A DNA stretch of 64,000 nt, from assembly GCF_009914755.1 (NCBI RefSeq), contig NC_060927.1, one strand, 5' to 3'. Position numbers and translations under genes: made by a program. The stretch comes from the human T2T-CHM13v2.0 reference genome, Homo sapiens. The first letter of the stretch is position 1; each line of letters opens with the position of its first letter. Under the pieces are notes generated by a model, which saw nothing but the letters and a program-made list of their open reading frames with translations, had not been told where the DNA came from and made no database searches. This document shows, one piece after another, positions 50,301-62,300 of the stretch.

Positions 50301-53300
50301 CTGTCAAAAGGAAGGTTGAACTCTGAGAGTTAAATGCACACATCACAAAGAAGTTTCTGGGAATTCTTCTGTCAAGGTTTCTATGAAGAAATCCCGTTTC
50401 CAATGAAGGCCTCAAAAAAGTCCAAATATTTACTTGCAGATTCTACAAAAAGAGTGTTTCGTAACTGGTCTATCAAAAGAAAGGTTAAACTCAGTGAGTT
50501 GAACCCACACATCACAAAGTAGTTTCTGAGAATCATTCTGTCTAGTTTTCCTACGAAGATATTGCCTTTTCTACCATAGGCCTCAAACGGCGCTAAATAT
50601 CCACCTGGAAATTCTACAAAAACTGAGTTTCAAAAGTGCTCTATTGAAAGGAAGCTTCAACTCTGTGAGTTGAAGGTACACATCACAAAGAAGTTTCTGA
50701 GAATTCTTCTGTCTAGTTGTCAATGAAGAAATCACGTTTCACACGAAGGCCACAAAGTGGTCCAAATATCCACTTGCAGATTCTACAAAAAGAGTGTCTC
50801 AAAACGGCTCCATCAAGAGGAATGTTCAACTCTGTGCGTTGAATGCAAATATCACAAATAAGTTTCTGACAATACTTCCGTCTAGTTTTTATGTGAAGAT
50901 ATTTCCTTTCCTACTGTAGGCCTCAAAACGCTCTAAAGAGACACTTGCAAATTCCACAAAAAGAGGGTTTCAAAACTGCTCTATCAAAGGAAGTTTAAAC
51001 TCTGTAAGCTGAATGCAAGCATCACAAAACAGCTTCGGAGAATGAATCTGCCTAGTTTTTCTGTGAAGACATTTCTTTTTCTGCCATAGACCTCAAACCG
51101 CTGTGAAAATCCACTTGGAAATCCTACAAAAAGAGTATGTCAAAACTCTTCTAGCGAAAGGAAGTTTCAACTCCATGAGTTAAATGCACATACCACAAAT
51201 AATTTCCTGAGGATTCTTCTTTGAAGTTTTATATGAAGAAATCCCGTTTCCAAAGATGGCCTCAGAAAAGTCCCAATATACCCTTGCAGATTCTACAAAA
51301 AGAGTTTTTCAAAACTGCTCTATCCAAAGAAAGGTTAAACTCTGTGAGTTGAAGGCACACATCACAAAGTAGTTTCTGAGAATCATTCTGTCTAGTTTTT
51401 CTATGAAGATATTGCCTTTTCCACCATAGGCCTCAAACGGCGCTAAATATCCACTTGGAAATTCTACAAAAAGAGAGTTACAAAACTGCTCTATCGAAAG
51501 GAAGCTGCAACTCTGCGAGTTGAAAGCACACATCGCGAAGAAGTTGGTGAGAATTCTTCTGTCTAGTTTTGTATGAAGAAGTCACGTCTCAAACGAAGGC
51601 CACAAAGAGGTCCAAATATCCACTTGGAGATTCAACAAAAAGAGTTTTTCAAAACTGCTCCGTCAAGAGGAATATTCAACTCTGAGAGTTGAGGGCAGGT
51701 ATCACAAAGTAGTTTCCGACAACGCTTCTGTCTAGATTTTATGTGAAGACATTCCCTTTTGTACCACAGGCCTGAAAGCACTCTAAATATAGAATTGCAA
51801 ATTCCACAGAAGGAGTGCTTAAAACCGCTCTATCCAAAGAAAGGTTAAACTCTGTCCGCTGAAGGCGCACATCACAAAGTAGCTGCAGAGAACAATTATG
51901 TCTAGTTTCTCTGTGAAGATATTTTCTCTTCTACATAGGCCTGAAACCGCTCTAAATATTCACTTGGAAACTCTAGAAAAAGAATATTTCAACACTCTTC
52001 TGTCAAAAGGAAGGTTGAACTCTGAGAGTTAAATGCACACATCACAAAGAAGTTTCTGGGAATTCTTCTGTCAAGGTTTCTATGAAGAAATCCCGTTTCC
52101 AATGAAGGCCTCAAAAAAGTCCAAATATTTACTTGCAGATTCTACAAAAAGAGTGTTTCGTAACTGGTCTATCAAAAGAAAGGTTAAACTCAGTGAGTTG
52201 AACCCACACATCACAAAGTAGTTTCTGAGAATCATTCTGTCTAGTTTTCCTACGAAGATATTGCCTTTTCTACCATAGGCCTCAAACGGTGCTAAATATC
52301 CACCTGGAAATTCTACAAAAACTGAGTTTCAAAAGTGCTCTATTGAAAGGAAGCTTCAACTCTGTGAGTTGAAGGTACACATCACAAAGAAGTTTCTGAG
52401 AATTCTTCTGTCTAGTTGTCAATGAAGAAATCACGTTTCACACGAAGGCCACAAAGAGGTCCAAATATCCACTTGCAGATTCTACAAAAAGTGTCTCAAA
52501 ACGGCTCCATCAAGAGGAATGTTCAACTCTGTGCGTTGAATGCAAATATCACAAATAAGTTTCTGACAATACTTCCGTCTAGTTTTTATGTGAAGATATT
52601 TCCTTTCCTAGTGTAGGCCTCAAAACGCTCTAAAGAGACACATGCAAATTCCACAAAAAGAGGGTTTCAAAACTGCTCTATCAAAGGAAGTTTAAACTCT
52701 GTAAGCTGAATGCAAGCATCACAAAACAGCTTCGGAGAATGAATCTGCCTAGTTTTTCTGTGAAGACATTTCTTTTTCTGCCATAGACCTCAAACCGCTG
52801 TGAAAATCCACTTGGAAATCCTACAAAAAGAGTATGTCAAAACTCTTCTAGCGAAAGGAAGTTTCAACTCCATGAGTTAAATGCACATACCACAAATAAT
52901 TTTCTGAGGATTCTTCTTTGAAGTTTTATATGAAGAAATCCCGTTTCCAAAGATGGCCTCAGAAAAGTCCCAATATACCCTTGCAGATTCTACAAAAAGA
53001 GTTTTTCAAAACTGCTCTATCCAAAGAAAGGTTAAACTCTGTGAGTTGAAGGCACACATCACAAAGTAGTTTCTGAGAATCATTCTGTCTAGTTTTTCTA
53101 TGAAGATATTGCCTTTTCCACCATAGGCCTCAAACGGCGCTAAATATCCACTTGGAAATTCTACAAAAAGAGAGTTACAAAACTGCTCTATCGAAAGGAA
53201 GCTGCAACTCTGCGAGTTGAAAGCACACATCGCGAAGAAGTTGATGAGAATTCTTCTGTCTAGTTTTGTATGAAGAAGTCACGTCTCAAACGAAGGCCAC

Positions 53301-56300
53301 AAAGAGGTCCAAATATCCACTTGGAGATTCCACAAAAAGAGTTTTTCAAAACTGCTCCGTCAAGAGGAATATTCAACTCTGAGAGTTGAGGGCAGGTATC
53401 ACAAACTAGTTTCCGACAACGCTTCTGTCTAGATTTTATGTGAAGACATTCCCTTTTGTACCACAGGCCTGAAAGCACTCTAAATATAGAATTGCAAATT
53501 CCACAGAAAGAGTGCTTAAAACCGCTCTATCCAAAGAAAGGTTAAACTCTGTCCGCTGAAGGCGCACATCACAAAGTAGCTGCAGAGAACAATTATGTCT
53601 AGTTTCTCTGTGAAGATATTTTCTCTTCTACATAGGCCTGAAACCGCTCTAAATATTCACTTGGAAACTCTAGAAAAAGAATATTTCAACACTCTTCTGT
53701 CAAAAGGAAGGTTGAACTCTGAGAGTTAAATGCACACATCACAAAGAAGTTTCTGGGAATTCTTCTGTCAAGGTTTCTATGAAGAAATCCCGTTTCCAAT
53801 GAAGGCCTCAAAAAAGTCCAAATATTTACTTGCAGATTCTACAAAAAGAGTGTTTCGTAACTGGTCTATCAAAAGAAAGGTTAAACTCAGTGAGTTGAAC
53901 CCACACATCACAAAGTAGTTTCTGAGAATCATTCTGTCTAGTTTTCCTACGAAGATATTGCCTTTTCTACCATAGGCCTCAAACGGCGCTAAATATCCAC
54001 CTGGAAATTGTACAAAAACTGAGTTTCAAATGTGCTCTATTGAAAGGAAGCTTCAACTCTGTGAGTTGAAGGTACACATCACAAAGAATTTTCTGATAAT
54101 TCTTCTGTCTAGCTGTAAAAGAAGAAATCACGTTTCACACGAAGGCCACAAAGAGGTCCAAATATCCACTTGCAGACTCTACAAAAAGAGTGTCTCAAAA
54201 CGGCTCCATCAAGAGGAATGTTCAACTCTGTGCGTTGAATGCAAATATCACAAATAAGTTTCTGACAATACTTCCGTCTAGTTTTTATGTGAAGATATTT
54301 CCTTTCCTACTGTAGGCCTCAAAACGCTCTAAAGAGACACTTGCAAATTCCACAAAAAGAGGTTTTCAAAACTGCTCTATCAAAGGAAGTTTAAACTCTG
54401 TAAGCTGAATGCAAGCATCACAAAACAGCTTCGGAGAATGAATCTGCCTAGTTTTTCTGTGAAGATTTCCTTTTTCTGCCATAGACCTCAAACCGCTGTG
54501 AAAATCCACTTGGAAATCCTACAAAAAGAGTATGTCAAAACTCTTCTAGCGAAAGGAAGTTTCAACTCCATGAGTTAAATGCACATACCACAAATAATTT
54601 TCTGAGGATTCTTCTTTGAAGTTTTATATGAAGAAATCCCGTTTCCAAAGATGGCCTCAGAAAAGTCCCAATATACCCTTGCAGATTCTACAAAAAGTGT
54701 TTTTCAAAACTGCTCTATCCAAAGAAAGGTTAAACTCTGTGAGTTGAAGGCACACATCACAAAGTAGTTTCTGAGAATCATTCTGTCTAGTTTTTCTATG
54801 AAGATATTGCCTTTTCCACCATAGGCCTCAAACGGCGCTAAATATCCACTTGGAAATTCTACAAAAAGAGAGTTACAAAACTGCTCTATCGAAAGGAAGC
54901 TGCAACTCTGTGAGTTGAAAGCACACATCGCGAAGAAGTTGATGAGAATTCTTCTGTCTAGTTTTGTATGAAGAAGTCACGTCTCAAACGAAGGCCACAA
55001 AGAGGTCCAAATATCCACTTGGAGATTCAACAAAAAGAGTTTTTCAAAACTGCTCCGTCAAGAGGAATATTCAACTCTGAGAGTTGAGGGCAGGTATCAC
55101 AAAGTAGTTTCCGACAACGCTTCTGTCTAGATTTTATGTGAAGACATTCCCTTTTGTACCACAGGCCTGAAAGCACTCTAAATATAGAATTGGAAATTCC
55201 ACAGAAAGAGTGCTTAAAACCGCTCTATCCAAAGAAAGGTTAAACTCTGTCCGCTGAAGGCGCACATCACAAAGTAGCTGCAGAGAACAATTATGTCTAG
55301 TTTCTCTGTGAAGATATTTTCTCTTCTACGTAGGCCTGAAACCGCTCTAAATATTCACTTGGAAACTCTAGAAAAAGAATATTTCAACACTCTTCTGTCA
55401 AAAGGAAGGTTGAACTCTGAGAGTTAAATGCACACATCACAAAGAAGTTTCTGGGAATTCTTCTGTCAAGGTTTCTATGAAGAAATCCCGTTTCCAATGA
55501 AGGCCTCAAAAAAGTCCAAATATTTACTTGCAGATTCTACAAAAACAGTGTTTCGTAACTGGTCTATCAAAAGAAAGGTTAAACTCAGTGAGTTGAACCC
55601 ACACATCACAAAGTAGTTTCTGAGAATCATTCTGTCTAGTTTTTCTATGAAGATATTGCCTTTTCCACCATAGGCCTCAAACGGCGCTAAATATCCACTT
55701 GGAAATTCTACAAAAAGAGAGTTACAAAACTGCTCTATCGAAAGGAAGCTGCAACTCTGCGAGTTGAAAGCACACATCGCGAAGAAGTTGATGAGAATTC
55801 TTCTGTCTAGTTTTGTATGAAGAAGTCACGTCTCAAACGAAGGCCACAAAGAGGTCCAAATATCCACTTGGAGATTCAACAAAAAGAGTTTTTCAAAACT
55901 GCTCCGTCAAGAGGAATATTCAACTCTGAGAGTTGAGGGCAGGTATCACAAACTAGTTTCCGACAACGCTTCTGTCTAGATTTTATGTGAAGACATTCCC
56001 TTTTGTACCACAGGCCTGAAAGCACTCTAAATATAGAATTGCAAATTCCACAGAAAGAGTGCTTAAAACCGCTCTATCCAAAGAAAGGTTAAACTCTGTC
56101 CGCTGAAGGCGCACATCACAAAGTAGCTTCAGAGAACAATTATGTCTAGTTTCTCTGTGAAGATATTTTCTCTTCTACATAGGCCTGAAACAGCTCTAAA
56201 TATTCACTTGGAAACTCTAGAAAAAGAATATTTCAACACTCTTCTGTCAAAAGGAAGGTTGAACTCTGAGAGTTAAATGCACACATCACAAAGAAGTTTC

Positions 56301-59300
56301 TGGGAATTCTTCTGTCAAGGTTTCTATGAAGAAATCCCGTTTCCAATGAAGGCCTCAAAAAAGTCCAAATATTTACTTGCAGATTCTACAAAAAGAGTGT
56401 TATCCTAACTGGTCTATCAAAAGAAAGGTTAAACTCAGTGAGGTGAACCCACACATCACAAAGTAGTTTCTGAGAATCATTCTGTCTAGTTTTCCTACGA
56501 AGATATTGCCTTTTCTACCATAGGCCTCAAACGGCGCTAAATATCCACCTGGAAATTCTACAAAAACTGAGTTTCAAAAGTGCTCTATTGAAAGGAAGCT
56601 TCAACTCTGTGAGTTGAAGGTACACATCACAAAGAAGCTTCTGAGAATTCTTCTGTCTAGTTGTAAATGAAGAAATCACGTTTCACACGAAGGCCACAAA
56701 GAGGTCCAAATATCCACTTGCAGATTCTACAAAAAGAGTGTCTCAAAACGGCTCCATCAAGATGAATGTTCAATTCTGTGCGTTGAATGCAAATATCACA
56801 AATAAGTTTCTGACAATACTTCCGTCTAGTTTTTATGTGAAGATATTACCTTTCCTACTGTAGGCCTCAAAACGCTCTAAAGAGACACTTGCAAATTCCA
56901 CAAAAAGAGGGTTTCAAAACTGCTCTATCAAAGGAAGTTTAAACTCTGTAAGCTGAATGCAAGCATCACAAAACAGCTTCGGAGAATGAATCTGCCTAGT
57001 TTTTCTGTGAAGATATTTCTTTTTCTGCCATAGACCTCAAACCGCTGTGAAAATCCACTTGGAAATCCTACGAAAAGAGTATGTCAAAACTCTTCTATCG
57101 AAAGGAAGTTTCAACTCCATGAGTTAAATGCACATACCACAAATAATTTTCTGAGGATTCTTCTTTGAAGTTTTATATGAAGAAATCCCGTTTCCAAAGA
57201 TGGCCTCAGAAAAGTCCCAATATACCCTTGCAGATTCTACAAAAAGAGTTTTTCAAAACTGCTCTATCCAAAGAAAGGTTAAACTCTGTGAGTTGAAGGC
57301 ACACATCACAAAGTAGTTTCTGAGAATCATTCTGTCTAGTTTTTCTATGAAGATATTGCCTTTTCCACCATAGGCCTCAAACGGCGCTAAATATCCACTT
57401 GGAAATTCTACAAAAAGAGAGTTACAAAACTGCTCTATCGAAAGGAAGCTGCAACTCTGCGAGTTGAAAGCACACATCGTGAAGAAGTTGATGAGAATTC
57501 TTCTGTCTAGTTTTGTATGAAGAAGTCACGTCTCAAACGAAGGCCACAAAGAGGTCCAAATATCCACTTGGAGATTCAACAAAAAGAGTTTTTCAAAACT
57601 GCTCCGTCAAGAGGAATATTCAACTCTGAGAGTTGAGGGCAGGTATCACAAAGTAGTTTCCGACAACGCTTCTGTCTAGATTTTATGTGAAGACATTCCC
57701 TTTTGTACCACAGGCCTGAAAGCACTCTAAATATAGAATTGCAAATTCCACAGAAAGAGTGCTTAAAACCGCTCTATCCAAAGAAAGGTTAAACTCTGTC
57801 CGCTGAAGGCGCACATCACAAAGTAGCTGCAGAGAACAATTATGTCTAGTTTCTCTGTGAAGATATTTTCTCTTCTACATAGGCCTGAAACCGCTCTAAA
57901 TATTCACTTGGAAACTCTACAAAAAGACTATTTCAACACTCTTCTGTCAAAAGGAAGGTTGAACTCTGAGAGTTAAATGCACACATCACAAAGAAGTTTC
58001 TGGGAATTCTTCTGTCAAGGTTTCTATGAAGAAATCCCGTTTCCAATGAAGGCCTCAAAAAAGTCCAAATATTTACTTGCAGATTCTACAAAAAGAGTGT
58101 TTCGTAACTGGTCTATCAAAAGAAAGCTTAAACTCAGTGAGTTGAACCCACACATCACAAAGTAGTTTCTGAGAATCATTCTGTCTAGTTTTCCTACGAA
58201 GATATTGCCTTTTCTACCATAGGCCTCAAACGGCGCTAAATATCCACCTGGAAATTCTACAAAAACTGAGTTTCAAAAGTGCTCTATTGAAAGGAAGCTT
58301 CAACTCTGTGAGTTGAAGGTACACATCACAAAGAAGCTTCTGAGAATTCATCTGTCTAGTTGTAAATGAAGAAATCACATTTCACACGAAGGCCACAAAG
58401 AGGTCCAAATATCCACTTGCAGATTCTACAAAAAGAGTGTCTCAAAACGGCTCCATCAAGAGGAATGTTCAATTCTGTGCGTTGAATGCAAATATCACAA
58501 ATAAGTTTCTGACAATACTTCCGTCTAGTTTTTATGTGAAGATATTTCCTTTCCTACTGTAGGCCTCAAAACGCTCTAAAGAGACACTTGCAAATTCCAC
58601 AAAAAGAGGGTTTCAAAACTGCTCTATCAAAGGAAGTTTAAACTCTGTAAGCTGAATGCAAGCATCACAAAACAGCTTCGGAGAATGAATCTGCCTAGTT
58701 TTTCTGTGAAGATATTCCTTTTTCTGCCATAGACCTCAAACCGCTGTGAAAATCCACTTGGAAATCCTACGAAAAGAGTATGTCAAAACTCTTCTATCGA
58801 AAGGAAGTTTCAACTCCATGAGTTAAATGCACATACCACAAATAATTTTCTGAGGATTCTTCTTTGAAGTTTTATATGAAGAAATCCCGTTTCCAAAGAT
58901 GGCCTCAGAAAAGTCCCAATATACCCTTGCAGATTCTACAAAAAGAGTTTTTCAAAACTGCTCTATCCAAAGAAAGGTTAAACTCTGTGAGTTGAAGGCA
59001 CACATCACAAAGTAGTTTCTGAGAATCATTCTGTCTAGTTTTTCTATGAAGATATTGCCTTTTCCACCATAGGCCTCAAACGGCGCTAAATATCCACTTG
59101 GAAATTCTACAAAAAGAGAGTTACAAAACTGCTCTATCGAAAGGAAGCTGCAACTCTGCGAGTTGAAAGCACACATCGCGAAGAAGTTGATGAGAATTCT
59201 TCTGTCTAGTTTTGAATGAAGAAGTCACGTCTCAAACGAAGGCCACAAAGAGGTCCAAATATCCACTTGGAGATTCAACAAAAAGAGTTTTTCAAAACTG

Positions 59301-62300
59301 CTCCGTCAAGAGGAATATTCAACTCTGAGAGTTGAGGGCAGGTATCACAAACTAGTTTCCGACAACGCTTCTGTCTAGATTTTATGTGAAGACATTCCCT
59401 TTTGTACCACAGGCCTGAAAGCACTCTAAATATAGAATTGCAAATTCCACAGAAAGAGTGCTTAAAACCGCTCTATCCAAAGAAAGGTTAAACTCTGTCC
59501 GCTGAAGGCGCACATCACAAAGTAGCTGCAGAGAACAATTATGTCTAGTTTCTCTGTGAAGATATTTTCTCTTCTACGTAGGCCTGAAACCGCTCTAAAT
59601 ATTCACTTGGAAACTCTAGAAAAAGAATATTTCAACACTCTTCTGTCAAAAGGAAGGTTGAACTCTGAGAGTTCAATGCACACATCACAAAGAAGTTTCT
59701 GGGAATTCTTCTGTCAAGGTTTCTATGAAGAAATCCCGTTTCCAATGAAGGCCTCAAAAAAGTCCAAATATTTACTTGCAGATTCTACAAAAACAGTGTT
59801 TCGTAACTGGTCTATCAAAAGAAAGGTTAAACTCAGTGAGTTGAACCCACACATCACAAAGTAGTTTCTGAGAATCATTCTGTCTAGTTTTCCTACGAAG
59901 ATATTGCCTTTTCTACCATAGGCCTCAAACGGCGCTAAATATCCACCTGGAAATTCTACAAAAACTGAGTTTCAAAAGTGCTCTATTGAAAGGAAGCTTC
60001 AACTCTGTGAGTTGAAGGTACACATCACAAAGAAGTTTCTGAGAATTCTTCTGTCTAGTTGTCAATGAAGAAATCACGTTTCACACGAAGGCCACAAAGA
60101 GGTCCAAATATCCACTTGCAGATTCTACAAAAAGAGTGTCTCAAAACGGCTCCATCAAGAGGAATGTTCAACTCTGTGCGTTGAATGCAAATATCACAAA
60201 TAAGTTTCTGACAATACTTCCGTCTAGTTTTTATGTGAAGATATTTCCTTTCCTACTGTAGGCCTCAAAACGCTCTAAAGAGACACTTGCAAATTCCACA
60301 AAAAGAGGGTTTCAAAACTGCTCTATCAAAGTAAGTTTAAACTCTGTAAGCTGAATGCAAGCATCACAAAACAGCTTCGGAGAATGAATCTGCCTAGTTT
60401 TTCTGTGAAGATATTTCTTTTTCTGCCATAGACCTCAAACCGCTGTGAAAATCCACTTGGAAATCCTACGAAAAGAGTATGTCAAAACTCTTCTATCGAA
60501 AGGAAGTTTCAACTCCATGAGTTAAATGCACATACCACAAATAATTTTCTGAGGATTCTTCTTTGAAGTTTTATATGAAGAAATCCTGTTTCCAAAGATG
60601 GCCTCAGAAAAGTCCCAATATACCCTTGCAGATTCTACAAAAAGAGTTTTTCAAAACTGCTCTATCCAAAGAAAGGTTAAACTCTGTGAGTTGAAGGCAC
60701 ACATCACAAAGTAGTTTCTGAGAATCATTCTGTCTAGTTTTTCTATGAAGATATTGCCTTTTCCACCATAGGCCTCAAACGGCGCTAAATATCCACTTGG
60801 AAATTCTACAAAAAGAGAGTTACAAAACTGCTCTATCGAAAGGAAGCTGCAACTCTGCGAGTTGAAAGCACACATCGTGAAGAAGTTGATGAGAATTCTT
60901 CTGTCTAGTTTTGTATGAAGAAGTCACGTCTCAAATGAAGGCCACAAAGAGGTCCAAATATCCACTTGGAGATTCAACAAAAAGAGTTTTTCAAAACTGC
61001 TCCGTCAAGAGGAATATTCAACTCTGAGAGTTGAGGGCAGGTATCACAAACTAGTTTCCGACAACGCTTCTGTCTAGATTTTATGTGAAGACATTCCCTT
61101 TTGTACCACAGGCCTGAAAGCACTCTAAATATAGAATTGCAAATTCCACAGAAAGAGTGCTTAAAACCGCTCTATCCAAAGAAAGGTTAAACTCTGTCCG
61201 CTGAAGGCGCACATCACAAAGTAGCTTCAGAGAACAATTATGTCTAGTTTCTCTGTGAAGATATTTTCTCTTCTACATAGGCCTGAAACAGCTCTAAATA
61301 TTCACTTGGAAACTCTAGAAAAAGAATATTTCAACACTCTTCTGTCAAAAGGAAGGTTGAACTCTGAGAGTTAAATGCACACATCACAAAGAAGTTTCTG
61401 GGAATTCTTCTGTCAAGGTTTATATGAAGAAATCCCGTTTCCAATGAAGGCCTCAAAAAAGTCCAAATATTTACTTGCAGATTCTACAAAAAGAGTGTTA
61501 TCCTAACTGGTCTATCAAAAGAAAGGTTAAACTCAGTGAGGTGAACCCACACATCACAAAGTAGTTTCTGAGAATCATTCTGTCTAGTTTTCCTACGAAG
61601 ATATTGCCTTTTCTACCATAGGCCTCAAACGGCGCTAAATATCCACCTGGAAATTCTACAAAAACTGAGTTTCAAAAGTGCTCTATTGAAAGGAAGCTTC
61701 AACTCTGTGAGTTGAAGGTACACATCACAAAGAAGCTTCTGAGAATTCTTCTGTCTAGTTGTCAATGAAGAAATCACGTTTCACACGAAGGCCACAAAGA
61801 GGTCCAAATATCCACTTGCAGATTCTACAAAAATAGTGTCTCAAAACGGCTCCATCAAGAGGAATGTTCAATTCTGTGCGTTGAATGCAAATATCACAAA
61901 TAAGTTTCTGACAATACTTCCGTCTAGTTTTTATGTGAAGATATTTCCTTTCCTACTGTAGGCCTCAAAACGCTCTAAAGAGACACTTGCAAATTCCACA
62001 AAAAGAGGGTTTCAAAACTGCTCTATCAAAGGAAGTTTAAACTCTGTAAGCTGAATGCAAGCATCACAAAACAGCTTCGGAGAATGAATCTGCCTAGTTT
62101 TTCTGTGAAGATATTTCTTTTTCTGCCATAGACCTCAAACCGCTGTGAAAATCCACTTGGAAATCCTACGAAAAGAGTATGTCAAAACTCTTCTATCGAA
62201 AGGAAGTTTCAACTCCATGAGTTAAATGCACATACCACAAATAATTTTCTGAGGATTCTTCTTTGAAGTTTTATATGAAGAAATCCCGTTTCCAAAGATG

